In this document: in pieces, positions 30,228 to 39,052 of the stretch
How positions within the stretch are numbered: the first letter of the stretch is position 1
Layout: the number at the start of each line of letters is the position of its first letter
Program-made: the position numbers and the translations under genes
Origin: Candidatus Eiseniibacteriota bacterium
Lineage (GTDB): Bacteria > Eisenbacteria > RBG-16-71-46
NCBI GenBank assembly: GCA_963707915.1
Contig: OY970178.1
Location: 128,001 to 192,000, forward strand
Direction of reading: 5' to 3'
DNA length: 64,000 bases
The notes under the pieces: model-generated
Database searches by the model: none
Told to the model about the DNA's origin: nothing
The model's input: the letters and a program-made list of their open reading frames with translations, nothing else

Positions 30228-30385
30228 AGCAGCCACCGGACGGGAAGGCCCGCGAGGTGTGACACCGCCGGCAAGACGGCCGCCGAAAGCGCGAGCAGCA
30301 CCGCCTGCGTCGAGATCGCGCGAAGACCGAGATCCGGAAGCGTCACACGGTCGGCAATCCGAACATCGCTTTCCATCGTGTTCAC
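30228..30385 (-). pseudogene. Truncated ECF transporter S-component-like gene
   Basis: GTG with AGGAGG RBS; AVLPAVSHLAGLPVRWLL resembles the S-component N-terminus that normally continues PMH; unrelated sequence follows. Confidence 0.45.
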
Positions 30386-30422
30386 GGCCTACCTCCTTCG
30401 TGCGGGACTGAACAGGTCAGCA

Positions 30423-30766
30423 TCACGCCTTGGCGACGACGTAGACGTAGCGCAGTGACTCGTTGCCCGTGTTCGTGACGTCGTGCTCGGTGTGCGGTGG
30501 GCAGTACGCCGTGCACGGGCCAGAAGGCGCAATGATTCGTGCGCAGGAAAGCGCATCTCGCCAGCACCCGAGAGCACCACGACAAGCTCCTCATTTGCCC
30601 CAGTGGAGTGTCTGCCGACGGATTCCTGAGGATGGAGTGTCACGTACCCCGAGCGCATGGTGACGCTCTCGGGAGGCCCATTGAGCACCGGAAGGTAGCT
30701 CTCAGCCATCGCGTCCAGTGGAACGAGTCGGGGCGAAAGGCTGTTCGTGATCGGTCCCGGCTTCAT
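30423..30766 (-). CDS. Cupin domain protein, indel near 30525
   Basis: SGYVTL...VGRHST..NEELVVVLSG.G, continuing in another frame as AYCPPHTEHDVTNTG..LRYVYVVAKA*. Confidence 0.75.
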
Positions 30767-30776
30767 GGCGGCCTCT

Positions 30777-31205
30777 CTAGCGGTGGGACTCCGTTCCCGT
30801 CGTCGTCATGGTCAGCTTTCCAGGTTTCACACCCTTGACTCTGGTCAGGCGATCCGCAAGCTCCCTGACCGCGCCGGCCGGACCTCGAACGGCGAGGACC
30901 TCCATGCAGTTGTGGTGGTCGAGGTGGACATGCATCGCGGCGATGATCGTCTTGCCGTGATCGTGCTGAATGCCGGTCAGTTGCGCCTGGATGTTGCGCT
31001 TGTGATGGTCGAACACCAGCGTCACATTGCCGGCAATCTCGCGCGTGCCGGTCTGGGCGCGATGCTCCACGAGCTGCCCGCGCACCATGTCGGCGACTGC
31101 CTGGGAGCGGCTCTCGTAGCCCTTGGCCTTGCGCATGACGTCGAGCCGTTCCATCAGCGCGGCCGGCATCGACACGCTGAAGCGCCTGAGCAGAGTCGTC
31201 TTCAC
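30777..31205 (-). CDS. nikR: Nickel-responsive regulator NikR
   Basis: RRFSVS ribbon, GYESRSQAVAD, VFDHH, QH, HVHLDHHNCMEV. Confidence 0.92.
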   Translation of the reverse strand: MKTTLLRRFSVSMPAALMERLDVMRKAKGYESRSQAVADMVRGQLVEHRAQTGTREIAGNVTLVFDHHKRNIQAQLTGIQHDHGKTIIAAMHVHLDHHNCMEVLAVRGPAGAVRELADRLTRVKGVKPGKLTMTTTGTESHR

Positions 31206-31320
31206 GGTGCTGCCTCCGGCGCATTAGGCAACACGAAGAAGAGTAGGCGGTCAAACGCGGCGCCAGCGAAGCGCGTGGGAACGCTCGTCGAGGTACGGAC
31301 TGTTCCATCTCATCGCTAGG

Positions 31321-31494
31321 GGTCCGTGGCGGACGGAAGCCGGGGCACGGGATCCTTACGAGCGCCTGGACGCGGAGGGCGTCGCGATCCACGTCCAACG
31401 CGACGTGCTCACCGTCCTCCAGAGCCCAAAGCGGCTGACCTTCGCCTTCGGTAGCTTCGGCCGCTGCGTGCTTCGCCTCGAAGCCGCTCCGTAG
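31321..31494 (+). pseudogene. C-terminal remnant paralog of the candidate selenoprotein at 36177
   Basis: YERLDAEGVAIHVQRDVL...RLTFAFGSFGRCVLRL aligns with YEGLEGDGLAVHVHRDVL...RLSFAFGKFGRCWLRL; N-terminal half absent, upstream in-frame TAG at 31225. Confidence 0.7.
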
Positions 31495-31521
31495 CTCGCG
31501 CAAGGTCGCGGTTCCGCTCCT

Positions 31522-32220
31522 TCAGTGCGTGAACAGCCACGCTCCTCCGGCCAGGATGAGCACCGCCGCTCCCCACCGCACCCAGCGCGTGGTGGTCTGA
31601 AGTCGCCCCGGGCGCGCCAGCGCGGCGGCCGCCCCGACCGAGGTACCGGCCACCAGCAGCAGCAGCGAGTGCCCGAGACCATAGGCGAACAGGAGGCCGC
31701 CCGCCGCGGCAGGGCCGATTTGCGGCACCAGCCCCAACAGCAGCAGCAGCACCGGCCCGGTGCACGGCAGGGAGACGACCCCGAACACGAAGCCGAGGCT
31801 GAGCGCACCCACCGCGCCCGCCGTGCGCGTGACGGCCGAAGGCATGGGGATCGCCGGCAGGCGGAGCCAACCCAGGAGGTGCAGCGCGGCAACGAGGCAC
31901 ACACCCGCGATGACGTAGCGCCACCACGGCGCACCTAGGAGCGCCGTGGCGCTCGAGAAGACGGTGAACAGCAGCGCCAGCTCGAGCGCGAAGCCCACCA
32001 CGAAGAGGAGGGAGAACCCCAGCGTCCTGCGCCAGGGGCGCTCAGCCGCCCCACGTCCCACCAGGCCCGCCGAGAAGCCGACCAGGAGCGGGACCATGGC
32101 CAGCACGCAGGGATTGAGCGCAGTGAGCGCGCCGCCCAGGAACGCGGCCAGCGGCGCCAGGGCGGGGCTGTGAGCGATGACCGAGGCCAGTTGCTCGCTG
32201 AGGCTCTCGAGGAAGTCCAC
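31522..32220 (-). CDS. ccdA: CcdA/DsbD-type transmembrane disulfide reductase
   Basis: ALNPCVLAMVP and SLPCTGPVL motifs, YGLGH; GTG start. Confidence 0.85.
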   Translation of the reverse strand: MDFLESLSEQLASVIAHSPALAPLAAFLGGALTALNPCVLAMVPLLVGFSAGLVGRGAAERPWRRTLGFSLLFVVGFALELALLFTVFSSATALLGAPWWRYVIAGVCLVAALHLLGWLRLPAIPMPSAVTRTAGAVGALSLGFVFGVVSLPCTGPVLLLLLGLVPQIGPAAAGGLLFAYGLGHSLLLLVAGTSVGAAAALARPGRLQTTTRWVRWGAAVLILAGGAWLFTH

Positions 32221-32234
32221 GCGGCCGGTCCCGG

Positions 32235-32651
32235 CTACTTCGCCGTCGCCGGGCGCAGGGTCACGCCGAGGCTGTCCTTGAAGATCTGCTCGATCTCCTC
32301 CCGGGCGAAGAAGCCTTCGTGTCGGAACCGCTCCCGGCCCTTCCGGTCGAAGAAGACCTGGGTCGGGATCAGCCGGATCTTGTAGGGTCGTCCGGCGTCG
32401 GGGTTCTGCCACACGTCGACGAACTGCACGTCCACCGCGCCCGCGTAGTCCACCCTGAGTGCCTCGAGGATGGGCGCCATGCGCTTGCATGGGATGCACT
32501 TCGTAGCGCCCAGGTCCACCAGACGCGGGAGCGTGGCTGGCGCCGGGGCCGGCGCAGCAGCTTTGGGAGCCTTGCCTGCGAAGGCGGGCACGGCGGAAAG
32601 GAGCGCCAGCCCGACGAGTAACAGGGTGGTGGATGCGAAGCGACCTCTCAC
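32235..32651 (-). CDS. Exported thioredoxin family protein
   Basis: Signal peptide, DLGATKCIPCKRM, IPTQVFFD, RHEGF; GTG with AGGAGG. Confidence 0.85.
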   Translation of the reverse strand: MRGRFASTTLLLVGLALLSAVPAFAGKAPKAAAPAPAPATLPRLVDLGATKCIPCKRMAPILEALRVDYAGAVDVQFVDVWQNPDAGRPYKIRLIPTQVFFDRKGRERFRHEGFFAREEIEQIFKDSLGVTLRPATAK

Positions 32652-32710
32652 GGGAATCCTCCTTCGACACGGCTCACGCGAGGAACCGCGTCGCGAATGC
32701 GCGACGAACT

Positions 32711-32944
32711 CTACGACAGGATGGCTTTGATCTGTTCGACCGAGGGCACCTTGCCGGCCAGCTTCACCTGGCCGTCCACCACCAGCGCCGGCGTGGACAT
32801 GACCCGGTAGCCCACGATCACGTTGAGGTCGGTGATCTTCTCGACCTCGCAGGTGAGCCCGAGCTCCTGCACGGCCTGGCGCGTGCGCTCGTAGAGCACC
32901 TTGCACTTGCTGCACCCGGGCCCGAGCACTTCGATGGTGGTCAT
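32711..32944 (-). CDS. Small redox-active disulfide protein (thioredoxin-like)
   Basis: IEVLGPGCSKC, VMSTPALVVDG, GKVPS. Confidence 0.88.
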   Translation of the reverse strand: MTTIEVLGPGCSKCKVLYERTRQAVQELGLTCEVEKITDLNVIVGYRVMSTPALVVDGQVKLAGKVPSVEQIKAILS

Positions 32945-32967
32945 GGCAGCGTCTCCTTGAAGAGTCA

Positions 32968-34017
32968 TCAAATCAGCCAATTGAACAGGTAGCCGACGGC
33001 GATGATCCCGAGGCTGACCACGCCGAGGAAGACGGCGATGAGCCGGGGGCGGAGGACCTTGCGAAGGATGATGGTCTCGGGCAGCGAGAGCCCGATCACG
33101 GCCATCATGAAGGCGAGGACGGTGCCCAGCGCGGCGCCCTTGCCGAGGAGCGCCTGGACGACCGGGATGATGCCGGCAGCGTTGGAGTACATCGGCACGC
33201 CAATCAGGACCGCCAGCGGCACCGACCACCACGCGCCCTTGCCCATGACGCGGGCCATGAAGTTCTCCGGCACCCAGCCGTGGATCGCCGCACCGACGGC
33301 GATGCCGACGAGTACGTACGGCCAGACCTTGCCGACGATGTCCTGCACCGCCTCGACGCCCATGCGCAGGCGGATGTCCCAGCCAAGGCTCGAGGCGTCG
33401 TAGCCGACTTCGGAGACCGCGGTGTAGACCCACGGCTCGACGTGACGTTCCATGTGCAGCCGCCCGATCACCCAGCCGGAGACGATCGCGATCACCAGGC
33501 CGGTGCCGACGTAAAGGGCCGCAACCTTCCAGCCGAACAGGCCGAACAGCAGGGCCAAGGCGATCTCGTTGACCATCGGGGCCGAGATCAGGAACGAGAA
33601 GGTCACGCCAAGCGGCACCCCGGCGGTGAGGAAGCCGATGAAGAGCGGCACGGCTGAGCAGGAGCAGAACGGGGTGACCACGCCCAGGCCCGCGGCCATC
33701 AGGTTGCCCACGGACTCCTTGCGGCCCGCCAGCATCGCCCGCGTCTTCTCTGGCGTGAAGAACGAGCGGATCACCCCGACGACGAAGACGACGAGCGTTA
33801 GGAGCATCAACACCTTCGGTGTGTCGAAGATGAAGAACTCCAACGCGGAGCCGAAGTGGGTCGACGGCGAAGCGCGCAACACGGTGTATGCCAGCCAGCG
33901 GGAGAGGGGGCCGAGGGCGGCATAGAGCGCCACCCAGGCGAGAAGACCCAAGGCGACACGCCAGGGCAGCGGCAGGCTACGGCGGGTCTTGGTGCGAGGT
34001 GGCGCCGCCTCGCTCAT
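32968..34017 (-). CDS. arsP: ArsP/DUF318 permease
   Basis: [40 protein letters not shown]. Confidence 0.85.
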   Translation of the reverse strand: MSEAAPPRTKTRRSLPLPWRVALGLLAWVALYAALGPLSRWLAYTVLRASPSTHFGSALEFFIFDTPKVLMLLTLVVFVVGVIRSFFTPEKTRAMLAGRKESVGNLMAAGLGVVTPFCSCSAVPLFIGFLTAGVPLGVTFSFLISAPMVNEIALALLFGLFGWKVAALYVGTGLVIAIVSGWVIGRLHMERHVEPWVYTAVSEVGYDASSLGWDIRLRMGVEAVQDIVGKVWPYVLVGIAVGAAIHGWVPENFMARVMGKGAWWSVPLAVLIGVPMYSNAAGIIPVVQALLGKGAALGTVLAFMMAVIGLSLPETIILRKVLRPRLIAVFLGVVSLGIIAVGYLFNWLI

Positions 34018-35162
34018 GAGTGCGCCCCTTCGGCGCGCTGCGCCAAGGCAGGCGTCAGCTCGAGGTGGAAGTAGCGCCGCCGGAACCACAGCGCCACGTT
34101 CACCAGCCCGATGAGGGCAGGCACCTCGACCAGCGGCCCGATGACAGCGGCAAAGGCGGCGCCGTGGTGGATGCCGAAGGTCGCCACCGCCACCGCGATG
34201 GCCAGCTCGAAGTTGTTCGACGCTGCCGTGAACGAAAGGGTCGCCGACTGGGGGTAGTTCGCGCCCACCCATTTGCTCATGAAGAACGAGACCACGAACA
34301 TGACCACGAAGTAGATGAGCAACGGGATGGCGATGCGCACCACGTCGAAAGGCAACTGGACGATCTTCTCGCCCTTGAGCGAGAACATCACGACGATGGT
34401 GAAGAGCAGGGCGATGAGCGTGATCGGGCTGATCTTCGGGATGAAGCGGCGCTGGTACCAGTCCTTCCCCTTCGCCGCGATCAGGCTGAAGCGGGTGATG
34501 ATCCCGGCGAGGAAGGGGATGCCGAGGTAGATGAAGACGCTCTTCGCGATCTCGGCCATCGTGATGTTCACGGCCACACCCTTCAGGCCGAACCACGCCG
34601 GCGCGAGCGTGATGAAGACGTAGGCGTAGACCGAGAAGAAGAGCACCTGGAAGATCGAGTTGAACGCGACCAGGCCCGCGCAGTACTCGCTATCACCCTT
34701 TGCGAGGTCGTTCCAGACGATGACCATGGCGATGCAGCGCGCCAGGCCGATCAGGATGAGGCCAACCATGTACTCGGGCTTGTCCCGCAGGAACAGGACC
34801 GCCAGGCCGAACATCAGGATCGGTCCGACCACCCAGTTCTGGACCAGCGAGAGTGCCAGCACACGGCCGTTGCGGAAGACGCGGCCCATCTCCTCGTAGC
34901 GGACCTTCGCCAGCGGTGGGTACATCATCAGGATCAGGCCGACGGCGATGGGTATGGAAGTGGTGCCGACGTTGAAGCGATTGATGAACGGCACGATCTG
35001 CGGGAACAGGAAGCCCCCGCCGACCCCGATGGCCATGGCGAGGAAGATCCACAGGGTGAGGAAGCGATCGAGGAACGAGAGCCGACCGACAATGCCGCCA
35101 GTGCTCCGGTTCTTGTCATGGCCTGTCACGACATCCTCCGTGGTTGCGGCATTCCGCGTCAT
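34014..35162 (-). CDS. acr3: Acr3 arsenite efflux transporter
   Basis: [49 protein letters not shown]. Confidence 0.95.
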   Translation of the reverse strand: MTRNAATTEDVVTGHDKNRSTGGIVGRLSFLDRFLTLWIFLAMAIGVGGGFLFPQIVPFINRFNVGTTSIPIAVGLILMMYPPLAKVRYEEMGRVFRNGRVLALSLVQNWVVGPILMFGLAVLFLRDKPEYMVGLILIGLARCIAMVIVWNDLAKGDSEYCAGLVAFNSIFQVLFFSVYAYVFITLAPAWFGLKGVAVNITMAEIAKSVFIYLGIPFLAGIITRFSLIAAKGKDWYQRRFIPKISPITLIALLFTIVVMFSLKGEKIVQLPFDVVRIAIPLLIYFVVMFVVSFFMSKWVGANYPQSATLSFTAASNNFELAIAVAVATFGIHHGAAFAAVIGPLVEVPALIGLVNVALWFRRRYFHLELTPALAQRAEGAHS

Positions 35163-35596
35163 CGTCCTTGCTCCTTCTTGTTGCCACCGGGTCGCGTCGC
35201 TTCATCCATGAGCCCATGGACCAGTTGCTCGATGCGGTCACGTACGTGCCGGAAGCCGTCGTCGTCGAGAGTCTTGGGATCGGGCAGATCCCAGTCCACG
35301 CGATGGCGCGTCGGCAGCCACGGGCAGGCGTCTCCGCAGCCCATGGTCACGACGTAGTCCCAGGTGATTCCGGTGGGCAAGTCGTCGAGGCCCTTCGACT
35401 GCTGCGGCTTCAGGTCGATTCCCTTCTCGGCCATGAACTGGACCGCGCGCGGGTTCACCTGCCCGGACGGCCGCGAGCCCGCGCTGAAGGCGGCGACGTG
35501 CTCACCTCCGAGAGCCCGGGCGAAGCCCTCCGCCATCTGGGAGCGGCAGGAGTTCTCGATGCAGACGAAGAGCAGGCGGGGGAAGGGCTCAGGCAT
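35159..35596 (-). CDS. arsC: Arsenate reductase ArsC (LMW-PTPase type)
   Basis: [31 protein letters not shown]. Confidence 0.92.
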   Translation of the reverse strand: MPEPFPRLLFVCIENSCRSQMAEGFARALGGEHVAAFSAGSRPSGQVNPRAVQFMAEKGIDLKPQQSKGLDDLPTGITWDYVVTMGCGDACPWLPTRHRVDWDLPDPKTLDDDGFRHVRDRIEQLVHGLMDEATRPGGNKKEQGR

Positions 35597-36011
35597 GTTG
35601 CGGCTCCTTCCGCTGAGCGCGGCGCGGGCGTGTCCGGGAGAAGGTGGGAATCCCGGCGGGAGGGAGACTGCAGAGCTGAGTAAGCGGCACGGCGAGGACT
35701 TCCCGAAGGCGCTTGCGATCCGCAAGGATGACTGGGTCCCGGTCGAGGGGGCCACGCAACAGCGCCAGCACCGCGCTGGCGTAATGGTCCGGCGCACCCG
35801 AGAGGCAGTATTCGACCCACTTCCCGTCGCGTCGATCCTCGACGAGTCCGGCCTGCTTGAGAATCGTCAGGTGCTTGGACACGGTGGAGAGGGCCAGGCG
35901 CAGGACTGCCTGGACCTGGCAAACGCAGAGCGGGCGTCCCTCCAGGAGCTTGAGGATCCGTGTGCGGGTAGGGTCGCCGGCCGCCTTGAGGGTGAGTTCG
36001 AGATCGCGCAT
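35589..36011 (-). CDS. arsR: ArsR/SmtB repressor of the ars operon
   Basis: KAAGDPTRTRIL, LCVCQ, STVSKHL, GKWVEY. Confidence 0.9.
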   Translation of the reverse strand: MRDLELTLKAAGDPTRTRILKLLEGRPLCVCQVQAVLRLALSTVSKHLTILKQAGLVEDRRDGKWVEYCLSGAPDHYASAVLALLRGPLDRDPVILADRKRLREVLAVPLTQLCSLPPAGIPTFSRTRPRRAQRKEPQHA

Positions 36012-36028
36012 GGAGTGTCTCCCTTCGT

Positions 36029-36075
36029 CACTTCGTCACATGGCGAAGTGTAGGAGGGACGCCGGGGCTCGTCAA
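36029..36075 (-). promoter_or_regulatory. ars promoter with palindromic operator
   Basis: Minus strand TTGACG-17nt-TACACT; inverted repeat CACTTCG-N8-CGAAGTG (36029-36050) overlapping the -10/TSS. Confidence 0.75.
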
Positions 36076-36176
36076 GTCACCTCCTCCGATCGCTGTGAAT
36101 GCGTGGGCGGTCATGGTCGGCCGTCAGATCCGCAACCAACCCAGCGGTCGGGCTCAGCTTGTGGCATAGTAAAGCC

Positions 36177-36470
36177 ATGCGTCAGGCTCATTTCGAGTCC
36201 GCGGAAGTGCGGGGCTACATCGGCGCCCGGGGCGGGGTTCTGTGCATTTCGCTCCAGGCGATCATGCACGGCTGATGAAGGGTCGACCTCGGCCCGGTCG
36301 GGTCGCTCGAGATTCCTGAGGACGCGGCCGCCTACGAGGGTCTCGAGGGGGACGGCCTTGCGGTCCACGTGCACCGTGACGTGCTCGCCAAGCTCAAGGA
36401 TCCCGCGCGACTCAGCTTTGCCTTCGGAAAGTTCGGGCGCTGCTGGCTTCGTCTCGGAGCCGATCCCTAG
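36177..36470 (+). CDS. Candidate selenoprotein with tandem in-frame UGA-UGA (CC/Se-motif, HesB-like fold)
   Basis: ATG 36177; TGA 36273 and TGA 36276 in frame after HG; frame stays open with high-GC3 codons to TAG 36468; downstream hairpin; paralogous C-half at 31321. Confidence 0.72.
36284..36305 (+). promoter_or_regulatory. SECIS-like hairpin
   Basis: CGACC-[T bulge]-CGGC-CCG-GTCG-GGTCG starting 5 nt after the second UGA, with GGT near the apex. Confidence 0.5.
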
Positions 36471-36518
36471 GCGTTTCCGTGGACTTGGGCACCCCATGAA
36501 CTGCAGCATCCGAGCCGC

Positions 36519-36542
36519 ACTTGAGCCCTAACTTGAGCCCTA
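36519..36542. repeat. 12-bp tandem duplication ACTTGAGCCCTA x2
   Basis: Direct reading, immediately upstream of a -35 box. Confidence 0.8.
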
Positions 36543-36545
36543 ACC

Positions 36546-36581
36546 TTGACGCAGGTGAGTGGGCGAACTAGAATCGCCTAC
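36546..36581 (+). promoter_or_regulatory. Promoter and operator of second arsR operon
   Basis: TTGACG-17nt-TAGAAT; imperfect inverted repeat GTGGGCGA-N7-TCGCCTAC straddling the -10; GTG 7 nt after the -10 suggests a leaderless mRNA. Confidence 0.72.
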
Positions 36582-36947
36582 GTGCATACAGTCGCGAGGT
36601 CCTCACCGGCACAGGTCGAGCGGATGTTTCGCGCGTTCGCCGACCGCACACGGCTCCGGCTCCTTCATCTCCTGAAGGACGGAGAGCTTTGCGTTAGCGA
36701 CATCGTGACGATCCTCGAGGTGCCGCAAGCGCGCGTGTCCCGCCACCTGGGCTACCTGCACCGGGCTGGACTCGTTGACGTCCGCAAGCAGGGGCTCTGG
36801 GCCTTTTACCGGCTCCGCCCGCCAGAATCTCCCTTCCATCAGCGTCTCGTCGGCTGCTTGGGACACTGCTTTGCCGGGGTGCCGGGACTGGCCACTGATT
36901 CCCGCCGCGCCGCCAGGATCAAACGCTCCGGTGGGTGCTGCCCGTGA
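36582..36947 (+). CDS. ArsR/SmtB family regulator with C-terminal CC
   Basis: FRAFADRTRLRLL, ELCVSD, RVSRHL, GLWAFY; ends SGGCCP. Confidence 0.88.
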   Translation: MHTVARSSPAQVERMFRAFADRTRLRLLHLLKDGELCVSDIVTILEVPQARVSRHLGYLHRAGLVDVRKQGLWAFYRLRPPESPFHQRLVGCLGHCFAGVPGLATDSRRAARIKRSGGCCP

Positions 36948-37055
36948 TGACCCACCCCGAGGGAGGCCTCCTGACCATGAAGGCGGCTGCGATGGGCCCG
37001 CCTTGGACTTCGTCTTCGTCGAGAGCTGGGACATCCACCACCTGAGGGGGTAACG

Positions 37056-37814
37056 ATGAATCGCCGTGGCCTCGGACTCGCCTTGCTGTTGCTCTGCACC
37101 CTGGGACCGGTCGCCTCGGCCTCGACGCAGCGTGACGTGGAGTCCGCCGCCAAGCAGCAGAAGATCGCCTTCATCCTGGTTTACGATCAGAGCGCGACCG
37201 GTATGGCTCAGGCACGGGACGTCATCCGCCAGACCATGAAGCAGGTCAGCGGGTCGGTCCTGCTGGAACTGGACCGTTCCGCCCCGGCGAACGCCGAGTA
37301 CGTGGCGAAGCTGCGGCTGGCCGGCGCACCCGTGCCGCTGATCCTCGTCGCGGCGCGAAACGGCGTCCTGGTGGCGGGAGTGCTGGCTGCCCAGGCGACG
37401 CCGGCGGTCCTGCTGAGCGCGGTTCCTTCGCCCAAGCAGGCGGAGATCATGCAGGCTCTCCAGGGCGGCAAGCCCGTGTTCATCACCGTGAGCCGAAAGG
37501 GCATGCCCCGCGAGCCCAAGGCGGTCGCGGCTTGCGTCGCGGCATGCGGCAAGATGGGCGACAAGTCCGCGCTGGTCCGCATCGACATGGCGGATCCCCG
37601 GGAAGCGGCCTTCCTCTCCCAACTCAAGATCGACTCCGCCGCGAAGGAGCCGGTGACGCTGGTGGTCAATGCGCAGGGCCAGGTCACAGGCTCGTACACG
37701 GAAGTCCAGGATGTGGCCAATCTCGTCCAGGCGGCGACCAGGGTCGTGAGCGGCTGCGGCCCCGGTGCTTGCGGTCCGGGTGCGGCGAGTTCCTGCGCTC
37801 CGGCCAAGAAGTAG
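37056..37814 (+). CDS. Exported protein, probable tandem thioredoxin-like folds with Cys-rich tail
   Basis: Signal peptide; two similar alpha/beta units; CVAAC; tail GCGPGACGPGAASSC. Confidence 0.65.
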   Translation: MNRRGLGLALLLLCTLGPVASASTQRDVESAAKQQKIAFILVYDQSATGMAQARDVIRQTMKQVSGSVLLELDRSAPANAEYVAKLRLAGAPVPLILVAARNGVLVAGVLAAQATPAVLLSAVPSPKQAEIMQALQGGKPVFITVSRKGMPREPKAVAACVAACGKMGDKSALVRIDMADPREAAFLSQLKIDSAAKEPVTLVVNAQGQVTGSYTEVQDVANLVQAATRVVSGCGPGACGPGAASSCAPAKK

Positions 37815-37826
37815 CGGCGGGTCGGC

Positions 37827-39050
37827 ATGAACCTCCGCACCATCCTCTGGAAGGAACTGTGGCTGCGGAAGTCCCGGATGATCTCCGGGCTTCTCGCGAT
37901 CACCCTTGGAATCGCCGTCATCGTCGCCATCCAGTCGGTCGCTTCCGTCTCGGAGCGGGCCGTCAAGATCAAGCTCGACAACCTCGGCGCGAACATCCTG
38001 GTGCTGCCACAGGCCGCTTCCGTGGATGACTACTATACCGCGGACATCGACGCCCCGACCTTCCCCGAGGACTACGTGGAGCGACTCGCCACCTCCATGC
38101 TCCCGGGCGTCGACAACCTGTCCCCCAAGCTCACGCGACGGGTCAGGGTCGGCAGCGTTCCGGTCATCCTCACGGGCATCCTGCCGGCCAACGAGCTTGC
38201 CTCGAAACCGATCTGGCAGAGCGCCGGTCTGGCCGGCGCGGCGCTCGCCGCAGCCTGCGGCCCGAGCCCCGAGGTCGCGAAGAAGGGCCCCTCCTATGCC
38301 GACGAGCGCCTCCAGCGCAAGGCGATCACCGCGCTCGCACCGACGGAGGTGCTGCTCGGGAGCGTCGCCGCCCAGCGCCTGAACCTTCGGGCAGGCGGCA
38401 GGGTCACCATCGAGGGACGCGAGTTCTCGGCCGCGCGCATCCTGCCGGAGACGGGCACGATCGACGACGATCGCATCTACGCGCACCTGCACGTGGTGCA
38501 GGGCCTGCTCGGGACCGGAGCGCAGGTCAGCGCCATCGAGATCATGGGCTGCTGCTCCGCGATCTCCGACGGGCTCCTCGGGAAACTGCGGAACATCCTG
38601 CCGGACACCCGGATCACGACCATCGGCCAGATCGTGAACACCCAGATCGAGACCAATCGCTTGTTGGCGAAGGTCTCCCTGATCTTGCTGGTGATCATCG
38701 TGCTCGTGGGCGCGATCTCGATCGCGAACTACATGTGGGCCAACGTCGAGGAGCGCAGGCGCGAGATCGGCACGCTCCTCACGCTCGGCGCGACCCGCGG
38801 GAGCATCTACCGTCTGTTCTTCGCGAAGTCGATCGTCCTGGGTGTCCTGGGCGGGATCGGCGGCTACGCTGTCGGGACGATCGCTGCCCTGATCCTCGGT
38901 CCGCAGCTCGCAGGATTGTCCGTCCAGCCGATCCCGATCTACCTTGCCTGGTCCGTCCTGATCTCCCTGGTGATCGCCGTGCTCGGGAGCTGGTACCCGA
39001 CCTACCGCGCCACTCGCCTCGATCCGGCCTCGATCCTCCAGGAGTCCTAG
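37827..39050 (+). CDS. MacB/FtsX-family ABC permease
   Basis: LGANILVLP, ETGTIDD, IEIMGCC, ERRREIGTL..LGAT, RATRLDPA. Confidence 0.88.
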   Translation: MNLRTILWKELWLRKSRMISGLLAITLGIAVIVAIQSVASVSERAVKIKLDNLGANILVLPQAASVDDYYTADIDAPTFPEDYVERLATSMLPGVDNLSPKLTRRVRVGSVPVILTGILPANELASKPIWQSAGLAGAALAAACGPSPEVAKKGPSYADERLQRKAITALAPTEVLLGSVAAQRLNLRAGGRVTIEGREFSAARILPETGTIDDDRIYAHLHVVQGLLGTGAQVSAIEIMGCCSAISDGLLGKLRNILPDTRITTIGQIVNTQIETNRLLAKVSLILLVIIVLVGAISIANYMWANVEERRREIGTLLTLGATRGSIYRLFFAKSIVLGVLGGIGGYAVGTIAALILGPQLAGLSVQPIPIYLAWSVLISLVIAVLGSWYPTYRATRLDPASILQES

Positions 39051-39052
39051 CG

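Noticed and set aside
36111..36509. 132-aa minus-strand ORF from the track
   Set aside because: Antisense shadow of the UGA-containing plus-strand gene; the paralog conserves the plus-strand protein.
36546..36548. TTG start for the second arsR
   Set aside because: It is the -35 box (TTGACG); GTG 36582 fits better.
36945..36950. Second TGA-TGA right after arsR ...GGCCP as possible Sec codons
   Set aside because: The ArsR domain is complete, and the frame closes again after 7 codons; this is an ordinary double stop.
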